Assembly: GCA_000708835.1 (NCBI GenBank)
Contig: DF237011.1
Coordinates: 124,001-188,000 of the forward strand
Length of the DNA stretch: 64,000 nt
Direction of reading: 5' to 3'
From: Klebsormidium nitens
Taxonomy: Eukaryota > Plantae > Klebsormidiophyceae
The position numbers and the translations under genes were made by a program. Every line of letters begins with the position of its first letter. The stretch's first letter is position 1. Positions 49,054-61,410 of this stretch are shown one piece after another. A model generated the notes under the pieces. That model worked only from the letters and a program-made list of their open reading frames with translations, was not told the origin of the DNA and made no database searches.

Positions 49054-52000
49054 TCATAGAATGGCATGCAGCTTCCAAATGCAGACAAAAAAATGGTCGA
49101 CGTACTGTTTTGGGCACTCCCGATGGAGGATGCTGAGCGCCTGCAGCGACCTCAAGGCACTGCCCGCCGACCCATAGAAGTGGTGGTGGTTGCCCGAGTG
49201 GACGACTTCAACATGAGAGTGGGTGGTGGCTGCATTGTAGTTTTTGTTGTCCATGAAAAGATCCGTGACCACCAGGAATACGTGCTCTAGTGGGAGCGGC
49301 CACCTTGTCGTATTTGTCACGACCTTCTCGTACTCAATGGCCACTTCGCCGGCTTTCATCCTCTTCCTTCCAAGGTACTTCGAGCTTTTGCTTTGTAGAT
49401 AGAGGATAAAAGGGCGTCCGGCGGTTGTCTCAAGCAAAACCCACCCGTCAGGTCCATGTTCCTGACCAGCCCCACGGAACGCCCACACACCCCCTCGGGG
49501 GAGATCCTTTATCCACCTGCCAAAACTTGAGACTCTCAATTCCGAGAAGCATTTGTGAAAAGAGAGAGAGAGACTAGCTGTACGACTCCTATTAATAATT
49601 TTGTCGCTAGTGCCCGCCTGGAAGACTCTGAAATAGGACGTGCATCATTCTTGATTCAGAACCTGTTTCATTTTTTGCGGACCGAAGAGGACCAGTCTGA
49701 AATCAGATGTCAGGAAAGGCAAGGGGCCAGATGATCAAGCAAGACGTCTTTCAGGACTAGCAAGCTGAACTTGGTGAGTGACAGGCAAAGATGTGAGAGT
49801 CAAGTACCTGACAGGCACCGTAAACGTCTGAACATGTAATCACGCCCGACAGTGAGGGTTGCTAAAAGGAGCGGAGTGTCGGGCATGAGACTCATAGAAG
49901 CTCGCATATTTTGTCCAAATCTCAGTGAGCAACGCCGACTTGGGGACAAGAGACAAACGCGGACTTTTCGTGAGTCCTTAATCCAAGTGACTGAAAGGAC
50001 AGATGCTTGACTAAACTAGCTTGTGCAAGGAAATCAGTTTCCCAATGGTGGAAGTTGGGAGTATTGAAAACGATGATCCGCTTCGAATCTCCCTAGCGCC
50101 CCCTACTTTTCAAATATAGACCTACCTTTTGAGTCAAGAACCTGTCACACTAGATAAACTAGCAACTACCACAATCGGCAGTGACAGTCTCAAGCTGTGA
50201 TGATGATCACTCAAAAGACGATGTTACTTTCTTGAAGATCTTGAAAAACAGTGAAAGTCATTATCCGTCGGAAGCTCGAGCGGTCGACCTCCCGCATAAT
50301 GACTATGTCAAGTTCTTGATCTTCGGTTGATCAAGTTCTGCTGGAGTGGGTTGGCTCGAGCAGGACGTGCAATCCTTTGTCACCTATAGCAATCTCTTCG
50401 ACTTTGACCACTACAAGCATTGCACCAAAATCTTACATTGGAGGCAGAACAGTCTTACGCACCCACGTTAAAAGTACTCACTTGTCAAAATCTCCAGGCA
50501 CAACGTGCTGCCGTAAGGGGCGAACCCGAAACCCTTTAGATGGTACCACCAACTCGAGGTCTTTCAACGGAGATGACCGGCTGAGAGGCCCGATCAGCTG
50601 GTCGAGGGTACAAACCGAGTCCCCCAAATACTTCAAGCATCGGAGTCTCTCCACCACCATCCCAACGTCCCCTTCTTCCTTATCTTGGAAGTCCGGCTGC
50701 CACTGACTAGTGTAGACTTTGCTCGACAAGAGCCCGCTTGTCTCCTGCAACAAAGTGCTTGAAGAGACTCAATCTTTCGTACCTCAAATTTAGTATTGGC
50801 AGTTGGGCCGCTTGTCTCGCCTCAAAGCCATAAAGGAGCCGACTACCCGCGATTCAACTCAGATATTCTCCTGATCATTTATTCCGCAAACTTGTGTTCA
50901 TGTCGTTTGAGAGGGTACTCCCAAGCAGGCTGACAATTGACGCTCTCAATGAAGAGAACCTTGGTGAAAACTAACCAATCTGAGTACGCAAGGTCTTTCA
51001 ATGGTCCATTTCAGCTTTAGTGCAGCGCTCTTGAAACCCACTTGACACTGCTTATACATCAACTGCAACATACATTTGACAGCTAACTAATATTGTTCGA
51101 TTAGCATTGTTATGTTCCCGGTCAAGGTCCTCTAAAGCTGTCTGAATTAACCTTGGGCCTTTTAGTAAGTACGAGACTTTTCCAAACGAATTAACCTTGG
51201 GCCTTTTAGTTAGTACGAGACTTTTCCAAACGAGAGACAGAGCAATTGAACCGTTTCTTTGAAAACTGACCAAGCAGTCAGAATTCTGGAATGTCCAGAA
51301 CCTGAAGGACGCGGTGTATCATTGTACCCGCCTGATTATGGGCCCGGTCCTCTCATCAGTCCGATCCTCCCAAATGAAGCAGAATTGCATAGCTCTGATG
51401 GCGTTGTCTTCGCATCCCAGTTCGGCATATTGCTATGAATGAACACAACTCGACGCACGAGTGTAAACCAGCCTTCACAGAATTCCTTCAACTGAACCCG
51501 TGTCTCCCGTCCAACATCTCCCATTTTGTCTGACCTTATTATTTTTACATGTCGTAGAAAACACAACCAGCAATACTTCAAGACCTCCAGCAACCGCCAA
51601 ATACAGATCCGTCCACAACTTGTTTCTTCGAGATCTTACCTGGAGAGCATGTATTACGATAGGCGCGACACGCACGACAACCTGGTATACGTAGGGGTCT
51701 ACTTGCGCAATGCTCATGCTGGCCGACGGTTTCCCAGTGCGCGCCAACCCCGCATCCAGGAGGGTAATCATGCCCGTCATTTCCAAGTGCTCCCAAGTGA
51801 CTTCGTCAAGCATTTCTCCAGGTAAGGGGTCCCGCCGGGAAACAGCGCGGTCAAGGACACTATGCGCGTGCACAAGTTGGAGGAGATCCCCTGCTCGACG
51901 CTTGACATCAACCCACCCCTCAGCTTTATCCGTTACTCTTTGCCTCTTCCGATTTGTCCCCAACAGCCGGTGCCCCCCTCCAGTTGTCTGATCGCGCAAC

Positions 52001-55000
52001 TGAGCCCACGGATTGGGATCCTCGAGAAACTTCGAAAAGCCCATCTTTGCATAATCGCGCACGAAACCCACAACGTCAGCGAGCGCTTCGCCCCTCGACT
52101 TCCAATACTCGATCAGTCCGTCCCCTGCAAGAGCAAAGGGAGATGCTGAACCCACGGGGCACCCAAAAATCGGGCGAAATTGGAGATGGAGGTAGTTTCG
52201 AACGTCTTGCCGGGCACTTTTCAGTGAAATGCAGAACCTTCCCAATTGGAGTTAGAGGAGAACTGAAGAAGTCTGAAGGACGATCAGCGCATTTGTGTTG
52301 CTGCGGATACAAGCGGTGCATCACCGTCCAGCAAGTCGCCTATCATAAACAGCCCCAAACCAAAGGTAAGACGCTCAATGAGAAAGGGTTTGCAGAGCAG
52401 AATCCGTTCAACTCGGGCCATCAGGTCCGCAAACATTTTCAAGCATAGGGCATCTTCTTTCGACTGCGGAACTTTCTACAGATTTAGACAGGTAATCAGA
52501 ATCGGCCCACTATTGTGAAAGTTTCAACGCATTGACGTTTCGTACCTATTACCACCTCTTCTGATGCTCCCCCACTCATGCAAACAAGCGCCTTCTCCAC
52601 AAGACGATGGTTGCCTTCTACCAGGTTTAAGATGAGCTGTACATGGATTGGGGGGTCGCCCGCAACAAAACCCCCGAGCCGTTGAACAAAGTCTTTGACG
52701 ATGAAGACAACATCGCCCTGCAAAGAACAGTTGTAACAAACATTTGCAAGAGGTAAACAAGAAACGAGGCAGCGCAGATAAAGTTGACTTTCGTGATAAT
52801 CAGCTTCTAGGCGTTCGAATTCGAGAAGAGCTTCTTGGGTGGGGGTAACAAAGACATCACCAACCCAGGCTGAAGTGGGACAAGATCCCCTTAAATGAGG
52901 TTTCATAAACGGGTATCTCACTGGGTCATAAATCCGTTTGCCGCAACACCCCAGAATAAACCAAAACCTTCAAAGGTGTCGACCTGCTTGACAAGCATTT
53001 TGTGATGTTACTTGTGATATCATTCATTCCTAAAGTCTTAGTCTTGCACCGTCTCATGAGTATACTTGTGGACACATGCGCTGCAGACCCCATAAGAGAT
53101 GCCCCATGATTCCACCTGCATTTGGGGGTTCTATCAACCAGAACTTGGCAAAGATCACTTGCTGCCTCCCTGAACATTGACGCGATGGAAAGGTAATGCT
53201 TGTACCTGATTCAGCAAGGTGAAGGGCAGGGGTTTTGACTTGGCTCTGCCGGAAGAAGTGGCCTGCATGTCGGCCACCTCAACCCTGCACATTATCAAAC
53301 GCAAACGACTAAGCGCTCGGATCTATCAAGTCGGTTTCTTGGTGGGGCGACCCCTTCTATAAAGGGACCCATCACCATGTCGGACGCAAGACATAGCAGC
53401 CAAAGACGGAACCTCATTCTAGTGTGTTGATCAGATCCGTAGATTTTGAGATAATCAACTCTGATTTCTCCAATTTTGACAAATCCAAAGACAGAGGAAA
53501 GACATCTCACAATTCCGTTCATTGAGACCACGTGCTATGAGAAGCAACTAACAAGAAGCGTCTTTTGAATAGGACAGGAAGCATGCTCACAATTCCCCGT
53601 GATGCAAGCCTCATTCCTACTGCCTTTGAGATATCGTCTGCAACAATACCTTCTAAAGAATCCGCAAGGAGACAGAAGTTCAAAAACCTCTGGTTTTGGC
53701 CTTCAAAAGAAAGCATCGTCACAATGCTGTCTTCATAGCCCCTCGGTTTTTTTGTCATTCTTGAAACTGTAAGATCCTCCTTTTGCAAGAGCGCATACCG
53801 TGTGGATGCAAGTACCATCGCCACAAAGTATGGATCGGGTGCTCCAGGCAGTCGGCTGCGACCTGGCAGGAGCACCTCCTCCAAATATGCCGACATAAGC
53901 GGTTGTACAAATCCCTCTGCAGCACTTGCTTCGTCCCACGAGAACAGCGCCAGCCCAGCCGTCCGAGGTTCAAGGCCAGCACACCGCCAAACGAACCGCA
54001 ACACGTGATCGGGAAGAAGACGCTTGAAGAAGTCCTTGTCCAGTCTGTAGCAGGCCTCAACAAAGCGATAGTAGTAGGGCCATTCGCCTGATCCTGTGTG
54101 CGACGAGAAAGTTGAAACTTGTGAATTCCGCTTTCAATAGAAACCTGGAAATCATGAATGTTTGCAATAGCTGAAACGGGTTGTCGTTGCGCTGTAACAT
54201 GTAACACCTTCGGATCTGGCTTTCGAAGTATTAAGATCCGTCCAAAATCCGGGAAAACCCTATTACCAGACAGGCGCGCAGCATATTCCTGGTTGCAAGC
54301 CCTTTGAGGTCAAATGAGTCCTGATATCAGGTCAAAGAAGATGTGAACCAGGATATGCAATGATTCACAGGGGTAGGCCCAAGACTCCCCTCTGAAACCT
54401 TTGCGGAACGCCTATGTCCAGAAGGTGCACAAAACGAGGGAGATCAGACTCGGAAAGCATTGCACTTTTTGAAAAAGCTATCAATCTCATTGGTAGAAAG
54501 TTGCAATCGGACTACCAACGCCATATATGTGCAATCTGACAACAACCCAAAATTAGTACAATTGAGATCCGAGTAACTCTTTCTGCACCAAGATAGGCAT
54601 TGGTTGAAAGCCTTGCCTTGAGATTCGTCATTCTCTAGCTCTTGGATCATCAAGACATTCATGATAAGCGCCAATGCAGTTCAAAGTTCGGTTGTAGACA
54701 AGGACAAAAGGACCATTCTACTGTAACCTTGCCTCCGTTAATCTAACTGGTGGCAGTAACCGGACCCCTAGATGCAGCAACGATTTGACTGGTGCACGGA
54801 GAAAACGTAACATGCCCTTACCTTCAAGCGTGGCATAGAGCATTCTGGAAGCCAACTTCGTCCGGGAGTTTGGGCATAGATGATTCTCCAGCGTGTCTGG
54901 CCCATCCTTGCTAAAGTCGTGACGAAACAGCAGCCGCTTCTCATAGTAAACTCGCAGCCGCTCGGCAAATGCAGGGGCAACCGACGAGAAATGCCTCTCC

Positions 55001-56085
55001 TCGAGCCACGTCGGGTGCTCCATCAGGAAAGTGGTCTTTCCCAAACCAGGAGTAGCTACAGCATACTGGAAAAGAAAGCGCCTGCAAAAGAGCGTATAGC
55101 TTGCATAAGGGGAACCCCGGAAAGGAAGGTTGGACAGTGAGCCCATTTGCAATGAAACACGCAGTAAAATGTAATTAACGGTGTTGTGAGACCACGAGAC
55201 ATCCCGCATACCTGCCCCACAATCTTAGACAGTCCCTTTCTTCCCACAAAGATGGGTTCGCCATTTGCATGTGGCAGACCAGATTGATCAAAGAGATCGC
55301 TGGTATTGTATCTACATCTCCTACGTGAGCTGCCAGGTGAGTCTTGGAAAAACTTGTGTATTTTCTCATCTTCAGGGCTTGCGCAGTATCATGGATTAGC
55401 CTATTCGGGGAAAACGGTTGAGACGTGGATTAGCAGAAGAACGAGCAACACAAAAGCCATAAATTCTGCAAGCAAGAACCTAAGACGCTATTGATGTTCG
55501 CCTCAGGTTGTAGTTAGCAGGGATAGCGGTTGATCCCTTCTGTCTAACACTCAAATCACGGAAATAATGAGAAACATAATCAACGCAAGAGCATATTTTC
55601 TGGCACATTATACCTCTCAGGCACTAGACACCACCGTCAGAAACCCTGTCCGAACAAGCATCGCTTCCACTTATTCTTGGCCAACTTCGGCACTGCCGGC
55701 AGATCGTTCCATCAAACGTGGCGTTTTATAGTCAAACAACGTCAACAAGATAAGGACTGTGAACAAATTGTTTGATGACCAGATTGGGAAAGTAGGTCCC
55801 GAAATGAAGCTTACCGCCGGAGCTGATCGCGATCGAGAGGGTCGGCTTGGCCCCGTTGATAGGTTTTGAAGATGCTTTCAAGGTTCTGGACGAGGGCATC
55901 AACCGTCTCCTCACGACCCCGGATAGCCAACCAGTTCCCGGGGTCCTCCAGCACCCGCCCATCACCAAGCGGGGTGATCGGACCTTTTCGCCGCACACTG
56001 TACTTGGATAGGTTCGCTGTGCGAAAGTGGGGGCCGAAGAACTGGTGCAGTCGCTCGTCCCACTCATCGTCAGAAAGCTGCAAGG
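49054..56085 (-). CDS. Crinkler-like (CR-NTPase + CR-REase) protein: P-loop NTPase, helical/winged-helix region, C-terminal PD-(D/Q)xK nuclease. Model incomplete; intactness uncertain.
   Basis: Exons 56085-55815 (IRGREETVDALVQNL) and 55081-54822 (Walker A ATPGLGKTT; LASRML) are phase-compatible. An exon starting about 54044 carries Walker B (LALFSWDEA) and FVAMVLASTR. Exons 52717-52546 (LVEGNHRLVEKAL), 52124-51640 (VTWEHLEMTGMITL), 50744-50482 (WQ...ERLRCLK) and 49516 onward (GPDGWVLL...LYLQSK...FYG) also join in phase. Some central junctions are unresolved. Confidence 0.62.
51144..51231. repeat. 44-bp tandem duplication (two copies, one mismatch) inside an intron
   Basis: gaattaaccttgggccttttagt(a/t)agtacgagacttttccaaac twice. 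Confidence 0.92.
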
Positions 56086-58316
56086 CTGCAAAAGGTACAA
56101 GAAGTTGGTAAAATGAAGTTGCTTTCACTTGAGAAGCCATCACCATAAAGCGTCTCCTCCAACAACTATCAAAATCGCAACGAACGCCTTGTCGATGACG
56201 GAGCTTCAAAGAAACTGAGAGCAGACCTTTTGTTTTCCTCAACAAGCCAAACTGCCAACTGCAAGAGTCTCATCCTTACATACAAAAAGTACTCCAACGT
56301 TCTTGAATGGGCCGCAGTCAACTTTTTCGATTCCCTTCCAGGCAACCAAACGTATCCTTAGCGTCTCCTCAGAAATGCGCAGCTGGCCAGGGTTTGGAAG
56401 AGTTTTGAAGGTCGGTCCACGAATAGGCAACGAGAATATTTGACAAAGCAGACTGAGGGGTAACACACACACAAGGAACGCAGTACTTGCGCACAGAATA
56501 TCTTCGGTATTAGCTGTCAATGCCCCTCCGGTTCCGGCCTCTCTGTGCCCTTCCTTTTCTTGTTCTTTTCGACCGGTTACACCGAAGCATTTTACGCGAG
56601 CCTGAAAAGTTGCGAAAAATGATTCCAAAAACACCGGCAATTCACAGGACCCAGACTAATTGCCAAATAAGAGGTGCATAAGCAGAGCCGGTACACCGCA
56701 ACTATGCTTTGCCACTGTGCTCCGTTTGACCTGACTACTGCCAGGTTTCGAATGCCAGGCCCTTATCTAACAAGCCTGCAACCTGACATTAGTCCAGTCC
56801 TCTCTCAAGTTCAGCATTGAGAACCACCCAGCTATCAAATCTGCCCTGGAAAATGAGAGTATTTTACCTGACAGAGGGACAGGTGTTGATGAGGGAGTCT
56901 TGTTGACAGGCAAAGCAGAAAACTCAGTTTTCTCAGATTCCTCAGGTTGCTCGGTTGCAGGTGAAGATTCCTGCAGTAGTTTCGACACGCGTTCATTGCC
57001 ACTTCCCTGTCTTTCCCCAACGCACAACGTTCTACACATGTAGCGAGCTGAACGAGGGCCAAAACATCAGGGAGTTGTGCAAAAACATCTACATACTTTC
57101 TACAGTGTGTGGTGAGGCTGCCTAAAAACGACTTTCGGCACTGCACCTCAAGTTATCACTGGCACCATGGGCCCTGTGACAACAGTACTCCTCAAAAGAA
57201 GGGGTTGCGAGGCACAACAGGACAAAGCCCTTACAATCCGTGCTTGATTGTCAACAACAAAACACAGGCTGCTCAGCAAGCTTTTTGATATCATCGACAC
57301 GACTTGGCAACTAGGCACTCTCCTACACTCTTCTCCAGAAACTCTGTCTTGAGACCCCCAGAAAGTATTGTCTAAGTCGCAAGTCAAGGCAGCTTCCCTG
57401 AGATGATCATGTGCTGCTGGAAGATCACAAAATCTCATCGACCGAAATAGCAACAGCCCCACCTCATAGTCGGAAGCATTGTGGCCCTTGTTCACCTGGT
57501 TGGCAAGTTTCTTCATGGGGTCAGTCTGCATGCGCAACCAACTTAGAGGGTATCAGCTTGCTTGACTTATCCAATAAGCCGTGATTTCCGCGACAAGCTC
57601 CCCTAGACCCTCTGCAACCCCTTGTGAGGCAGAGCCTTGCCAGGTGGAGGAGAAACGTCCAATGAAGCTGAGTGTTAATGTTACAAGCATCCACTATTCC
57701 TGCACTCCATGCCATCTAAAGGAGGGCATCCTGTCAAGATTATTCTACAGCTTCATTGTGACATGTGCTGCTCGGATAGATCTCCTTACGTGTGCCTGGC
57801 CACCATTTCCCAGATTGCCCCCACTGCTCCGTTCACCAAGCGGGAAGGCCTCCTGCATCGAAAGGAGATCAGAGGACTTTAATCAAAGACCGAAATCCTT
57901 CACTTTGCTATTCAGAGATGGATGATGCCCTGTTCTAGGTAGACATGGGCAGAAAATCTGCTAGAAAGACCTTTCCCCTCTTTCATAATTGCGGTCCCTT
58001 CCTTTTAAACTTGAGGCATGACAAGATCCACTAGAGGTAACAATTTGTCAGAGTAACTTCTCTGCTCTAGCAGACCTGTCAGATCTACCACAAACTCTGA
58101 CAACCAATGACCACTATTAATAGAATAGAGAACTGACAAGCGGTGATCATTGTATGTTTGGTTGCATCCAATTGCATGGGCATAAGGCACTGACGTCTCC
58201 AAAAGGAAGCAAAAAAGTTCCGGCCTAACTAGCTTCTACTTCGATTGTTCCTTTTCTCCCTCTTGCTCATGGCTTTTCAATGACACAGGTGGTTACTTAG
58301 TGGACAGAAAACTTAC

Positions 58317-58898
58317 GCTGTGATCGGGGAGCACCCTCAATCCGCCTGCGCTCGTTCTGCCTCCGCTGAACATGGAGACCCCCACTAGCGATGTCACAGT
58401 TGTCAGCCCTAGCAGGAAAATAAGGAGCGGCGCTCCGCTCCCTTCCTTGCATCGCATCTTTCCTCTCCGGTCGTTCACAGATGCGGCCGATGCAGCAGAA
58501 GACTTCTTGCATACGCGAGCGCAAGAACCTCCTTGACCGCTGCTACATGTAACCCCGGACGCACCGTTCTGAGGAAGTTCTGAGGAGAAGGGGGAGAACT
58601 GAGAAGCAGGCTCCCAAGAGACTGAGTCTGCACCGAACTTGGAACATTGGGCTGTATGCATTCCTGCTCTCATGCTGTCAGCCTTCGGCAGGGCGTCCCT
58701 GTCCACGGTTGCAGGCTTGAGACCTGGCACACCTATGTGAGGGCCACGCAAGCTAGGGGCCAACACAGCTGCTTCTCTATGTTGAACAGGTAATGGGGGT
58801 GATTGATGTGAGACTGGCGACTTGCTCGGACGCAGATTCCTTGTCCCTGCGAGAGCAGAGAAGGGGGGAGCCGTCGAAAATACTGTGCTCGACTTCAT
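58317..58898 (-). CDS. Candidate first exon (194 codons): S/P/R-rich N-terminus plus a hydrophobic segment. Possibly the 5' end of the Crinkler-like gene.
   Basis: ATG at 58898 with an open frame to a phase-0 donor (agc|gtaagt). A phase-0 63-nt exon follows at 57852-57790. Linkage to 56085 is not demonstrated. Confidence 0.4.
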
Positions 58899-59816
58899 AT
58901 TTTACCAATGCCGTGGTGGAAGCCGCAAGCTCGCAGCCTACTGGTCCTTCAGACCTTCTTCACAGAATACCGGTGACCTCAGAAGCCCAGAGCTTAGCTA
59001 AACAAGCTGGCGAGTCAACATCTACAAGGCGAATGTTTCTACACTTGTATAGTAATATCGTTCTGCTGCTGAGTTGCTGAACAGTGAAAGAAACCAGCTG
59101 ATGTGAACAGTGAAAGCTGGTATCCTGTTTTTGAGCTAGGCAAGTCTGAGTACCGGTAGGTACCGACAAAGCGGCCGTCTCTTCGCGCCTCCAAGCTCCG
59201 GTTACTGCAGCATGGATACGCCTGGCCGGCGTACAACAAGTTAAGCCAGTTATGTACGGTTAGTTACATTGTTCGAGTTACCCTGCATTCACAACTAGCA
59301 CGTACATAGCAGTTCTGCTTTAACCTTTGGGTTATGTCAGTCAGGATACCCCCGTGAATCGATCGATCGATCGATCATGCAATCAATGAAGTCACCAGCC
59401 CGTCAATTCTGGAAGAACCGCCACTCAAATCGTTACCAATCCGAATATGTACTGACAACGGTGCATCAGGCGGGGCGGCGCCGTGGGCAATCAAGATCGG
59501 ACGGGTCGGACTCGTGCCGGTGACGTTTCCCGGCTCCGGCACCGTCGATGACCTTTTGTGCGCGTGTCCAAGTTGGTTACTCGGCTCGGTTGCATGTAAT
59601 AAGAAGATATTTTCAAATTGAGTAAGCCAAACTGATTATCTGATTATAAGATACTACCAGAGAGGGTAAGCTCATATTAGCTTTCAGTGACTAATGTCAC
59701 TAGAAATCTAAAAATCGGGGTTACCTTCGCGCTTCCTTCGCGTCTGCGGCCGGGCTGTTGTCAGTATTGGGACTACCTACTCTATTACCAAGAGCGTACC
59801 CGCTCTTCTCATGAAA

Positions 59817-60140
59817 ATAAACTTGAATACCTATAAGGCATTGTGACCTATAAGGTACTGTTTCCTGTAAGAGGACTGTACACTTGGATGGTGGGCGGAG
59901 GTTGCGCGGTCGTACCCAGCGCTGCGCGGTGCGTACCCGAGAAGCAACCGGGCCTGCCCTGGGACATTAGGGTCTCGCAAGCAACCGGGTGACAAGCAGG
60001 CACTTCCCAGTGACATTAGGGTCGGTCGGTCACATTACCCTAGGTTTTTAGTGTTGCCCGGGGCCTAACGTGTACAAAATTCCTCTACGGCTGAAGAGTT
60101 TCCTTATAAGGAACAGTACCTTATAGGTATTAAACTTTAT
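59817..60140. mobile_element. MITE-like element with inverted termini
   Basis: Left end aatacctataagg...cctataaggtactgtttcctgtaag. Right end cttataaggaacagtaccttataggtatt, which is its reverse complement (22/25 in the core). Confidence 0.55.
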
Positions 60141-61410
60141 GGTTATCTCTTCTCCTCTTCCATGTGCAGAACCTGTGCAGAATTGAACGTCGCTCCAGCG
60201 GCTCGTACGGCCGGAGTCGTTGTAGCACCTAGTAGCCAATGTGAAGTAGGAGTACCACGGGGTAGACATGAATGCGAGCCGGATTCGCGCGGCTTGCATC
60301 AGTAACCATACACCACCTGAAGCCCCCTGACTCGTTCCAGTGGCCCGTGGAGCTAGGCCCGCCAGATTGCATGGGGCCACTGGGGCGCAACATTGAACAA
60401 CCTACCTGGGTGGTAGCTTGTACCAAAGCCTTCCTCCTTCAATGCCCTTGGACTCATGCCGTGGGCCGCCACAGCTAGAACTTTAGGAGGAGAGGAGGAG
60501 GAGAGGCAAGCTAGATTTCAATGAGTTTTGTTTCCGTAAGGAGTATTGTACGTGGCACTCCCGTGGCACTGTGGGGCACTGTCTAGTAGCTTCTTGCTCA
60601 CTGCACCCGAAATCATGACAGTGCACAGTTCCGCCTAGTCTTGGATTGAACATCTTTCCACCTTAGCAGTAACCAGGCAATTATGTGCGCCACAATGGTT
60701 GGCTGCTCCCATGATGGCCAGGCTGCCCACTCGTTTCCCCGCCGGCAGCGAAAGTCCCCTCGCCAATTCATCACTCGGAGACATTAAGGTCACTATGCTC
60801 CAACCTAGTGACCGTCCCTGCGGGACATATCTTAGCACAACGAGACAGCCCAGTGCAAGGGCGTCGGTGGGTGGGGTGTTCTACGATTGCTTGTGTACGT
60901 TACCTAAACCTTTCGGTGCATTCAATTGAGCGGGACGAGATAGAAAATATGCGCTTCAACATACCATGTTTCCGAAGTTCACAAGCCATGGTTAAAGGTC
61001 GACTAAGTTGCTGAAATATGGAACAAGGATCTGCTTCGATTTCTACCTAAATGGATCATAGCAAGATAAACATTCGAATCGTCAAGTTGTCCGGTCTCAT
61101 CAATTTTCTGTAAGCCTTTAGTGTCCTCAAGCCATGCACACAGCCGCCTGCACAATCATGTGTGGCGCTCCTACTAGTAGGTAGTCAAGCTTCTAGGCCC
61201 GCTGATGCGGTTACGGGCGGTCTTACACACAGGCTGGCAGGACCGTAGCGGAACGCAGTAACCACTCAACTTTATGCATGCCTAGTCAAGGCTATATTGC
61301 AAGCAATAAATACTGATTTCGAAAACCCAAGGTGAAACATCTTCAGATCGCAAGACCACCGAAGTCTCCTCCAAGACTGGACCCCAACAAACGCTTCTTC
61401 AACTCCAGAT

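Noticed and set aside
52280-54200. Two tandem Crinkler modules
   Set aside because: The motifs can be ordered as one NTPase-to-nuclease chain once LFSWDEA is read as Walker B. The extra open frames may be intronic, and this remains unresolved.
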